From assembly GCA_002189035.1 (NCBI GenBank), contig NEEC01000008.1, forward strand, positions 3,162,001-3,226,000: a stretch of 64,000 nt of DNA, read 5' to 3'. How positions within the stretch are numbered: position 1 is the stretch's first letter; every line of letters begins with the position of its first letter. Source of the DNA: Utricularia gibba (Eukaryota; Plantae; Magnoliophyta). Position numbers and translations under genes: made by a program. This document shows, one piece after another, positions 51,133 to 61,647 of the stretch. The notes beneath the pieces were generated by a model. It was given only the letters and a program-made list of their open reading frames with translations, did no database searches and was not told the origin of the DNA.

Positions 51133-52208
51133 TTTCAGAGGCCAAAGTTTGAAAGACACAAACCCCCAAGTAGTAGTATAAGAAGAAGAAGAACAAGAGA
51201 AGGTAATGGCTGAGAAAATGCCATGTGGTGGATTCTACTGGCGGTTTTATACTTGCAATAGCCGACCTGACTTTAGAGCACATAGAAAATTACTGTCATT
51301 TGCAACTTATCAAGCTCGCAAATGGCTTGACGAAATCCATTGGAAGATGAGGGAGAAAACAGTTGATAGAATAATTTAATTAATTATGTATTTAAATTAT
51401 TCATATTTAAATAAATTTTATAAATATACATTTAGAATGATATTATGTTAAAGTTGATAAAAAAGTTATCGAACATAAATATTTAAAAATATGAATAAAA
51501 CTATTTCATACTATAATATATAGAGTCAAATGGTGCATGTGCAATAGTTTTATGATAAAAATATTTTAGTAAATCAATTTGTTTTTGAACTTCTAGATTT
51601 TATAAATCAATGCTTTTTTACTTTCCAAACAAAAATTCTAACAAATCAATTTACCACCTTTCTCTCTGTGTTGTTTGAACCACATTCTAGTTTCTTGCTC
51701 TGATCTTAGAACTCCGCCATCAAAACCTCCCTCTCGAAGCTCCGTCGTGCACAAGGTCGGGTTGGAATGAATTGGGATCTCGGGCGATATGGCTGGACAA
51801 CTAAATGATTCTAACGGAGAGGCAGAGGCGGCCCCTCGGCGCTGTTAAAGGAGCGAGGTATGTTCCGGGCTAGCGCTTTGTTGTTGCTGCGAAGCAAGTA
51901 GTGCACGTGGTTGGTATGCTGTGGGCTATGGGGCGAGAGTGTGCGCATTCGCTTGGATCGATCCGAGTCCCATCTGTCCACCTGAAGCATCACTTTCTTC
52001 ATAATTGCGCCAAGTGAGATACATCATACATTGTACTGAACCACCAAGTGAAGAAGAAAACCCCTTTCCTCTAATAAAATATAATTCAGTGCCACTATCC
52101 GCTACTGTTTCAGTTGGTCCACTAACTCACTTTCTGGTAAGGGGATTATACCATGGTCCCTTTTCACAAAACTGGGTCCATCTGCCCCCAAACTATCTTC
52201 AAACAAGG

Positions 52209-52343
52209 TGGTTTTTTGAATCTATGGAATTATATTGGTTATCTGATGTGAAATGAATATATTCAGTTCTCAAGTCTGGTTTTTTGAATCTATTATATTG
52301 TTTATCTGATGTGAAATGAATATATTCAGTTTCCAAGTTTGGT
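52209..52343. repeat. Direct tandem duplication, about 65-bp unit, 2 copies
   Basis: TGGTTTTTTGAATCTAT...TTATCTGATGTGAAATGAATATATTCAGTT..CAAGT is repeated at about 52209 and 52277. Confidence 0.9.
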
Positions 52344-52526
52344 GTATTGAATTTGAACATGTTGATTCTAATCAGTGTCAAGTTAAAGGGATGGAGGAGG
52401 GTATAGTTTCAGTTGTTATAGGAGATGATGAGACTGGTTTAGAGTTTAGGATTCGGAGTTTGGGGAAGGTGTGAAAAGGGTATCATATGAAATCCATGTT
52501 ATTCATATTGGTAAGGAGAATGGTCT

Positions 52527-54362
52527 TCAGAGACTGTTATAGGATCTGTCATGAAGATCGTTCAAAAAGGAGAGGGCAACTGCAGCGTGAAATGCAGCTC
52601 CGATGGGAAGAACGTCCTCATTGATCACCACGTGGGGGGAGTGCAAGCCTTGGTCCGGCTTCAGTGTTCCGTTTCTTGCACCGACCATGAAGATGGCGGC
52701 CGGCATTTTCTCGGAGTAGAAGCTGAAGTCCTCGGCCCCCATCACCATCGGGCAGAGCTGCATGTTCTGCTCCCCGAGTAGCCTCTCTCCGACTCCCTTG
52801 GCGTGCTCGTAGATCAAGGGGTGGTTGTTGGTGGCTGGATAAGGAACCAGGCGATCCTCCATGAAGTCCACTTCTGCAGTACACTGATGCACAGATGCTT
52901 GCATCTTGATCACCTGCAAGGATTCCGTGCTCCAAATGCGAATAAGCATCCAAGTTTCCGGGATCAGATGATGGCTATCAGGTAGTAGTTACCTCTGTGA
53001 TTCTCTGCTTGAGGTAGGAATGGCTTTCGGAATCCATGAACCTGAAAGTCCCCCCGAATTCGACAGTCTCTGGTATCACGTTGAATGCTGAACCACCTCG
53101 AACGTACCCGATTGAGATAACCTTCCAAACAGAAACAAGTAATTAAAAGAGTGTAAAAGAGATGACACAGAGATAAGAAGAAGGAACATACTCTAGCCTC
53201 AAGAGGATCAGTTTCTCGTGAAACGATGTGTTGCAGTGCAAGAATGGACATCGAAAGAGCAGGTGTAGGATCTCTAGTCCTATGAGGGGCTGACCCATGT
53301 CCACCTTTTCCAGTAATGACCACTGAAAATCGACCACTTCCGGCGAGGATCGGACCAGGTCTGGAGGTAATTGAACCAGTAGGTTGCAAGGGATCTACAT
53401 GTAGACTCAATATGCCTTCACCGCCATCCAAAGCTCCATCTTTCAGCATATGCAAGGCACCACCATAGCCCTCTTCCGCCGGTTGAAACACGAGTTTAAC
53501 CGAGCCCTTGCACACGCAAATTCGAAGTCAAAATCAGTGAAGGAAACAGCCAGAATGACATAGATTTACAACACAAGGATGGTACCTTTAATTTATCGCG
53601 ATTCTCTTGCAACAGCTTCGCTGCTCCAAGCAACATTGCGACATGCACATCGTGGCCACAAGCATGCATTTTCCCATCAATCTTACTCTTATGCTCCCAT
53701 TCCACTAGTTCCTATAAAGAGCACACCCTTTCTCAGTAATCTCCACGATTTGGGTGAATCAATACTGTAAAAGCAAGAACTTTGGGTTTTTTTAACCATA
53801 CCACAACATACAAATTCAATTACATGATACAACATGCGTCTTTCAGAGAGTCGTATGCATCAGGAAGCCCGTCTTAGGGCAGAAAAATTTGAACTTTACC
53901 AAATTTCGTCAGTTTCACGAGGGAAACAGCATGCCAACAGTAACGTCATATAACGATCGAAGAGAAACACAAAAACGATCAAGCCCACAAACAAGAATGC
54001 GAAAAAGAAGGCACCTGAATAGGAAGCGCATCCATATCTGCTCTGAGGCCAAACCACGGCTGGGTTCCAGACCCAATAGTAGCGATAACGCCCGTTTTCG
54101 CGACCGGCCATTCATAACGAATACCCATTAAATCAAGCTCATTTCTAATCAACTCACTCGTTTGATTCTCCTCAAATGCCAATTCCGGGTACTCATGGAT
54201 CCTCCTCCTCACCCTTTTCAACCAATCGAAAAACTCCACGTCCCTCGCCGATCCCAAGAGCTCCCTCGCGAGCGCGCCCACTTCCACCGAAGCCGAGACA
54301 TGGATCAGCGACGAGGAAGAAGAAAGAAGAAGTAGAAACAATGAGCAAAACCAGTACGGCAT
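52527..54362 (-). CDS. ILL: IAA-amino acid hydrolase ILR1-like (M20D amidohydrolase), 5 exons
   Basis: Signal peptide, then [86 protein letters not shown]. Confidence 0.95.
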
Positions 54363-54869
54363 GGGGCTCTCTGTAATGGTACAACGACAGCAGCCGAGGG
54401 CTTGCAAACGATATATATTATTACAAGAGTGGAGGGCGAAAGATCCGTTTTGTTGCTGTCATCCTGGTGGCGACGGAATAGAACTGAAAGCAGTCTGTTA
54501 CCTGACCAGAAATGGGCAACCCTTCTATTGGGCCGGAGCCATCGATCATATAATATGGGCCCTTCAAATGGCCCACATATGAGGCTCACATACGCGGCCC
54601 ACACAAGTTGGTTTAAATTTGTTCCCAAGAATCCCCCCCCCCCGCCATCCCAAGGCGTGTTTGTTATTGATACAATAAAAAAAAACCAATTTCTTAACCA
54701 ATAAACCATTTTATTCAAGAATTAAAATACTTACTACCATATCACACAAAAAAACCTACAAAGAGAATTTATTCAAAAATATTCATTACACAACATATTA
54801 ATAATATATTTGATTCAAAATATCTTGAAAAATAAAATTATATATATTGTATGTTATGATCATATTCTC

Positions 54870-55440
54870 GATTTGTGCTAAATATATTGTATGGTACATC
54901 CTGATCAAAGATTGAAAATACTACATAAAACAATTTTTTTCACAGCAAACGTATATTACAACTATATTCTTAGTTTATACACAAAATATCTGAAATATAT
55001 TACATATATATATGTCGATATTAAAGAAAAAATACCCTAAACGCCAAAACACATGTATCTTATAATCGTATTCCTAATTCATATATAAAATGTGTGAAAT
55101 ATATTGTATGGTACATCCGAGCTAAAGATCTAAAATACTACACAAAACAATTTTTTGTCAAAGCTCATGTATATTATAAACATATTCTTAGTTTATACCC
55201 AAAATATGCAAAATATTATATATATATATGTCGATATTAAAAATAAAACACCCCAAACGTCAAGACACATGTATCTTATAACCATATTCTTAATTCATAT
55301 ATAAAATATATTGTATGGTACATGTCAAAATTGAAAATCCAAAATAACTAAAAAAATCATTTTTCTGCCAAATCACATATATTTTATAGCATATTTTTAA
55401 TTTGTATACAAAATGTGTGAACTATATTGTATGGTACAAT
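54870..55440. repeat. Degenerate AT-rich tandem repeat, about 210-bp unit (2.5 to 3 copies)
   Basis: AATATATTGTATGGTACA recurs at about 54881, 55098, 55305 and 55421 (variant). Shared internal blocks include TATATGTCGATATTAAA and ACACATGTATCTTATAA. Confidence 0.85.
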
Positions 55441-58033
55441 AGGTATGCTTTAAAATGAAACATTAGGAAAACTAGACCATTAAATATGATATCCCATGGA
55501 CCTTGTTCAAATGTAACTTTGACTCTATTAGACAATAAAAATAAAAAATAATAATAAATTTAGAAAATAAAAGGCAAAAAACGACGACTTTGACAATTTT
55601 AGAGACATGGGTGGCAGGAACATTAATTTGGATAGGGAAATAAACTATTTATTTATTAAGTGGTTGAATTATCTGCATCACATTTTATATGAATATTATA
55701 ATTAAATTATTTTTAAATTTGAGTATAAACATAATGGGTGGAGAGTGTGGGTCCCTTTGCAAGCACGCCAACGAAAAAAAAGAAGAAAAAAAGTAAAACA
55801 AGACTTGATTTTCCCAAAGTCTTCTTTGTATTAAAAAAGTTTGGACATGTTCACATCGTGACATTTAAAACTTCTTCTTATACATTTTATTATTACAGAC
55901 ATAGAATGAGTGAAAAAGGATTCTTAGGAACCCCACATGCCTTCATATTCTTAGGCAAGGTTCAGATTCTATTTTTAATTTTTTTATTTTGAAAATATAC
56001 ACAAAAATTTGAAACACATTCAGAAAAATGGAAATCATCACAACTATGTGGTTGTGGGTTGTATAAATTAATTATTAAGAATTAAAACCATAGTTGACGT
56101 AAATAGGGGATTGATTTTAATGCGCATACAATATTTTATTGTAATGGAGCCGTACTCGTGGAATTGTCACAACTTGTGATTTTTCCTTTTTTTTTTTTTT
56201 TGCCTCAGAGGTAAAGATAAGGCGTGGGGAAATTCAATTTTGTAGGTGAAAAGGTAATTATTATTTATTACTTCACTATTTTATTTTGGGAATTGAGGGA
56301 AAAACTCCGCCATTTTATTTTCTAAAAAAACACCAGACACAATGGATAAATAAATGGTGCATTAAAGTACTAGAAGGAATAAGCAAAATCCAGTCCCCAA
56401 ATCCGACGTCACCCGTAGAAATTGAAGGCAATTTCGGTGAATCAATTATAAAAGTGAGCATACATCAAACATTATGTTAAAAAAATGATCATTCTCTATA
56501 TAATTTATTGATTGAGTGTGTATGAGAGAAATTGTAAGTTGCCATTTTTCTAAATGATTCCAATTTTTCCATTGAATTTATATTTTTCTAGACAAATTTA
56601 AATTTAATAAGCATATTTATTGAAAAAAAAAAGAAAAAAACATGTTTTAATTTTAAATCTGTATTTTATTTTAATCCATATAACTAAAACTTCAAAAAAA
56701 AACCGCACGTGTTTTAAATTTCAAGACTGACTAACCAATTAAATCAAAAATTGGATTTAATATTATTTGTTTTTTTTCAAAAAAAAAAGTGAGAAAATGG
56801 AGCCGAATGGGACTCCCTCTCCGACACGGTCGGCTTGACGAAGCGGCACTGCGCGCCTTCTTCCGGATGGTTGTCGCTGAAAGTGCGGACACAGGGTGAC
56901 GCACTGCTCCTCCCATTCAAATACCAACGAGTCAAGTACGCACCTCCCCTTCCGGTTGGTGAAAACATCATATTTTAAGAATGGGAGGAAAGCTAAGCTA
57001 CAAGGCCCCTAGCAGTACGGCTTCTTATTACAACCACAGACTCAGGTCAATAAAATTACCATATTTTAAAATGAGTACCAGAGTCTGTTGTCTTCACATC
57101 CCCAAAGGACTGCGGTCTATATGCACAAAAATCCGAGCCGAGCCGAGCCGGGGTCCATTTCTTAATTTCTGGAACTTCAGGGGCCCTGCTGCTATTATTA
57201 CTTCTTATGACCCCCCAACAGCAGATTCAACCTTTTCTCTTTACATTTGAATTGAATCCATTATTATAATAGATTGAACCGATTTCATTCATTTTTAATT
57301 ATATAATATATAAAAATATTCATGTAATCTGAAATGAAACCCTAATTTTCTCTTTTTATTTATTTCTATAATATAACCGTGGGGTAAAAGGAGTAAAAAT
57401 ATTAGAATGACTTCAGAATGCATAGGGCGATTATTTATTTATTTAGGGTTTTGGTGGGCATGGTGTCGTCTTGCGTCACGCCAATCCGTCTAAATTTAAT
57501 TCGAGTGCATCCATCCACGTCGTGGCAGTTCGTGCTTCATTTCACAACTCTCATTTTTCTAAAATTTGGTGTCACCGTTTCCTTTTTTTAGCTTGTCGCT
57601 TTCAGATCTTGAAAACAAAAAACACTATTAATGGAGTTTGGTTATTGAAACTTTATTTGGTAAATCCCACTACCTCTTCATTGACTTCATCTTCAATTAA
57701 TAAACCAGTATTTTAAAATCATATTCAATTCAAATTAATCCCATTCAATTTATTTTAGAATTCAAATTAATTCGGATGGTGTGTGATATGTATCATCTTC
57801 TATAGTTCTATGTATATATATATGTGATCGCCCTCCATTCCACAAAACCAACAACTTTCGTCGGAGCGGCCGAGATCGGAGACCGCAAGGCACGCGCCGC
57901 CGCCGTTGAGCTCCTAGAGGTTTCCGTCAACGGTATGTATCTACATGTGTGTTGTGTCTATATACCGGTATGCATGACACTGGGATGCTTGAAGCCTGAA
58001 GGGCTGTTGATCGATGTTGTTTTAGTCTTGAGG

Positions 58034-58470
58034 ATGAGTCGAAGAAGCGAACCTAAGCTGGAGCTGCGGCTCAACATTTCGCCGCCGGGACCGAGCCAGC
58101 TGCAGGCTGCCTCGCCGACGCTATCGCTGTCGTCCACGTTGAGCTCCTGCCTGTCGTCGGAAATGAACAAGGGGGAGGCATCTTCTTCCCAATGGTAGCA
58201 ATTGTTTAATTTCTTCTGTAGAAAAAGATGAGAATCATCAATTTCTTTGTTCTAAAGACATGAATCGGGTTTGATTGCGTTTTGCCGAATAGGGATTCGA
58301 CGAGTCCGGAGGCGAAGTCGATGATGCTGGTGGGTTGTCCGAGGTGCCTGATGTATCTGATGCTCTCCGAGGAGGATCGGCGGTGCCCGAGGTGCAAGAG
58401 CACGGTGCTGCTTGATGTCCTGAATGACGCCGCCGCCGTGACCCGGAGCCGGACGTCAAAGAGCACCTAG
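58034..58470 (+). CDS. GIR: GL2-interacting repressor (GIR)-like EAR-motif small protein, 2 coding exons
   Basis: MSRRSEPKLELRLNISPP (LxLxL EAR), SSCLSSE, then after intron 58195-58292 STSPEAKSMMLVGCPRCLMYLMLSEEDRRCPRCKSTVLLD. Probable 5'UTR intron just upstream of the ATG. Confidence 0.9.
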
Positions 58471-60642
58471 AAAGCTTGGAATATAGAACTGCTTTCAAGT
58501 ACTTCGTCTCTATAAAATAATAAAAAAGGTATATTTATTTTTATCTGTTTTTATTTCAATGAAATAATATTTTTTGTTTTAAAAATAAAAGCGAAAAATG
58601 AAATAAATGTACACTCAAGTAGTTCAAGGGCGACATTACAATTAAGCATACACATTATTGAAGGATGAGATGATACCATGCATGTGATGGTGTCATTGGA
58701 ACAATCTCCATGTGCATACATTCTACCTAAATATTCAAAATTAGTTTGAATATTAATATTCAAAAATGTTATTTGCCTATCAAATATGATTACTTTCAAC
58801 TATTCTAAATTTATTCTTCTATATTGTGGTATTTGCCCGCAAGCAAATGGAATTAGTTGATCTAAAATCTAAATCCTAAACCCGAAGTTATTTACAACTT
58901 AAGTTATAACATGTATCTCAAGCTACAATCCCATCCACAATTTCAATCTTTCAAAATCAAATTATGACTATCTCTAGACTATTCAAAATCTGGTATTAAA
59001 TAAAAATGTCTCGTACAAGATTAATATTAGCTAAGGCTATTATCCACTATTATTAATCATACTTTTACAAATGTGTTGTACACCGGTTACTTAGCTTTCT
59101 CAATTTGGTTTAGGTTTGTGATAACAAAGGGATGTGAAGTACAATGACACCAATGGTGGGTATCATCCATCCGGTCACTTTGTGTAATATCATGTCATAT
59201 CAACCCGGATGTAATAAACTAGCAACATGTCTATTCTAGTGATGTGCATTGATGGCAACATAGGTATCCATAACCCTAAAAGGGTTTTTCATAATATATA
59301 AAATATTTATACCTAAATATATATATACCGGTGTTTGATTAACTAGTATACATATTGCAGACTTGTATAATTATACCATTCATATACTTATTTTTTTAAT
59401 ATCTTTATGATATATACAAGTAGAAAAGAGGAGGATAAGGGTTAATTATATTTATATCACTGAAATACACATATTTCTATTTTTACATATTAAAAATTAT
59501 ATATAATTAAATATATATATATATACACATATATATAGCAAAATATATTATATTTAAATATACTAGTATTATAATATCAAACGATGTATAAACTTGATTG
59601 ATCCTTCGGTTCGAAAATCAACTATGGACTGCTCCCTCCGGCCCATCTTCAGAAAACGTGGGCCCTAGGCCCAAAATTAAATAAAGAGCGGCAGCCCATC
59701 TGTATGGTTTACGTCTTTCAACCCATGTTTAGATCTTAATCCAACTCTTATGATGAAAGTTTTCGCGACTCAAACAGTTCATTATAGTTCGATTACCATT
59801 TTTTAAACATTGATTTGTACGCTAATTTTTGTAGTGGGTGTGGGTCCTCCTCCATCCACGTGGCGTGAGATCTGGGGACATGTAGTAGTCATTCAAAGAC
59901 AAGTGTCAGTTGATTTGAAGGGAGTGCCATAAATGTTATGTTACGCATTTACTGAACCTATCTGCTCTCGGCATGCCCAACACCTCATTTAAGTTTGTAT
60001 GCCTTAAGACATGTTGAATGTCTTGTTCCTTCTTGTGGGGGAAAAGACATGTTGAATCCTAGAATTTTTTTTTCCCAATTTGATCATCATACGTTCGTTG
60101 TTCGGAACACGAAGAAGTTAGGGATTTACATTTTTCTAACATTGTTTTCGGAAAAATTATCTATAAATAGAAATGCTTCTGAATGGAAATTAATTCTAGG
60201 GTAAAATTCAATTATTTGTGAAATGGGATTTGGTAATTTTATTATTCTTATATTAAAAATAATTTTGAAATTTCATGGCCATGGATGCGGATACCCCCAC
60301 TGTGCCCATTGCACCCAGTCCCACGTATTAAAATCCCCCCACATGGCCACCATGTCGCCCATAGCATATGCAGATTCAAATTTCCCTCTTTCTTGAACTA
60401 CAATTTAATTTTGATGCCATTGTATTAGATGTTTTAATTCCGATTTGATCTTCGTTTTTTAGTTTTTTTTTTTTACGAATAATATGATGTTTGGTGATTG
60501 TGGATTAGAAATTTACAATTTTTAGATGAATTCATTTGTTTATTGATAATTTTTTGTGGAAAATGAAAATTGAAAAATATAAGTAATTTATGGTATGTAT
60601 CGCATCAATGATTCGGCTAAAAAAAAAATCGTTTTTGAGGGG

Positions 60643-61445
60643 ATGAAGTTTCCGTTTCATTCCAAGGCCAACGAATCCTCCGCCGCCGCCACAGCATGGC
60701 GGTGGCAAGTCTGCGCATACAGCCCCAGAACCCTCTCCTTCGATTCCAGGATTTTCAAAACCACCAACGCCGCCGCCTTCCTGGAGGAGGAGTTGAGAGG
60801 AAATGCAGATTCATTCTCAGTGCTTTCATCGGAAAGTCCGACGGCAAAGCGCGATGGTTACGCAAGCCTAAGAGCTTTAATCGACGAATCTGAAGAAGAG
60901 GATGATTCCCATCCATCGCTTCCATCAAAAATCCTGGACGGGGGGACGAAGAGGAAGCATTTGAAGGCAAGGCAGATTCATTTTCTCGCCTCCCCTCAGA
61001 GATCTCCCCCGACAAGATAATTAAGTACGACGATCGGCTGTTCTTCCATCCGGTCGAAACGAGCTCGATCCTGGAAGAAGCCAAGATCTCCGACTTCAAG
61101 GCAAGGATCTTGGAGGTCGATTCGGTGAACCCTGTTCTTGATTTCAGGGGATCGATGATGGAAATGGTGGACGCACTCCAACTGAAGGACTCAGAGGGGT
61201 TCGAGAGACTGTTGGATTGCTATCTGAGAGTGAATGAAGAGAGGAACCATGAGTACATCATGGAAGCTTTCGTGGATTTGATGAGTCCGCTTCGTTTGTC
61301 CGCCATTGAAGACAACGCCTTTTCTTCCAAGTGCTGTTGCTTTTCTTCCCCTGTTTCCTCCTCTTCCTCCTCGTGCTCTTACACCGGCGCTGAACATGAG
61401 AAAAGCAGCGACCTTGGCTCTGGTTCTTGCAGCCTGAATGCTTAG
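60643..61445 (+). CDS. OFP: OVATE family protein (OFP13-like), split across two frames as sequenced
   Basis: N-terminal frame MKFPFHSK...WRWQVC..PRTLSF..IFKT. C-terminal frame DRLFFHPVETSSILEEAK plus the OVATE domain (NPVLDFRGSMMEMV...LLDCYLRVN...IMEAFVDL). The frame switches between 60906 and 61018. Confidence 0.85.
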
Positions 61446-61578
61446 AGAGAGTTGTATTAGCCAGCTGATTAATTTAGCACTTCAGACTTAATTACTCTAC
61501 GTGCTTATTCCATGGTTGTTAATGGCTTTTATTCTCCCGGCTTCATCAGAGTGATTGGTTGAGTTTCGTGGTCTGGAT

Positions 61579-61647
61579 TTTTAGGTTTTGATTAGGGTTT
61601 TGTGGTTTGGATTTAGGTCCTGATTAGGGTTTTTTGGTTTGGATTAA
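61579..61647. repeat. About 35-bp tandem duplication containing TAGGGTTT telo-box motifs
   Basis: TTTAGGTTTTGATTAGGGTTTTGTGGTTTGGAT is followed by TTAGGTCCTGATTAGGGTTTTTTGGTTTGGAT. Confidence 0.75.

Noticed and set aside
51811-52002. ORF start MKKVMLQVD resembling heavy-metal-associated (HIPP/HPP) N-termini
   Set aside because: Similarity ends after a few residues, with no HMA fold motifs or CaaX end.
53050-53055. Suspected -1 frameshift in the G-run of ILR1-like exon 4
   Set aside because: Recounting gives six G; the exon is 129 nt and reads EFGGTFR in frame. The ORF-track translation RIRGDF in the other frame agrees.
53350-53359. TCGGACCAGG, identical to the first 10 nt of miR166
   Set aside because: It lies within ILR1-like coding sequence, the match stops at 10 nt, and there is no hairpin.
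54841-55440. Recurring 18-20-nt motif as a CRISPR-like array
   Set aside because: The intervening sequences are homologous to each other and long, and the context is eukaryotic; it is a tandem repeat.
59632-59640. CTCCCTCCG, resembling a Stowaway MITE terminal inverted repeat
   Set aside because: No matching opposite terminus or TA target-site duplication found nearby.
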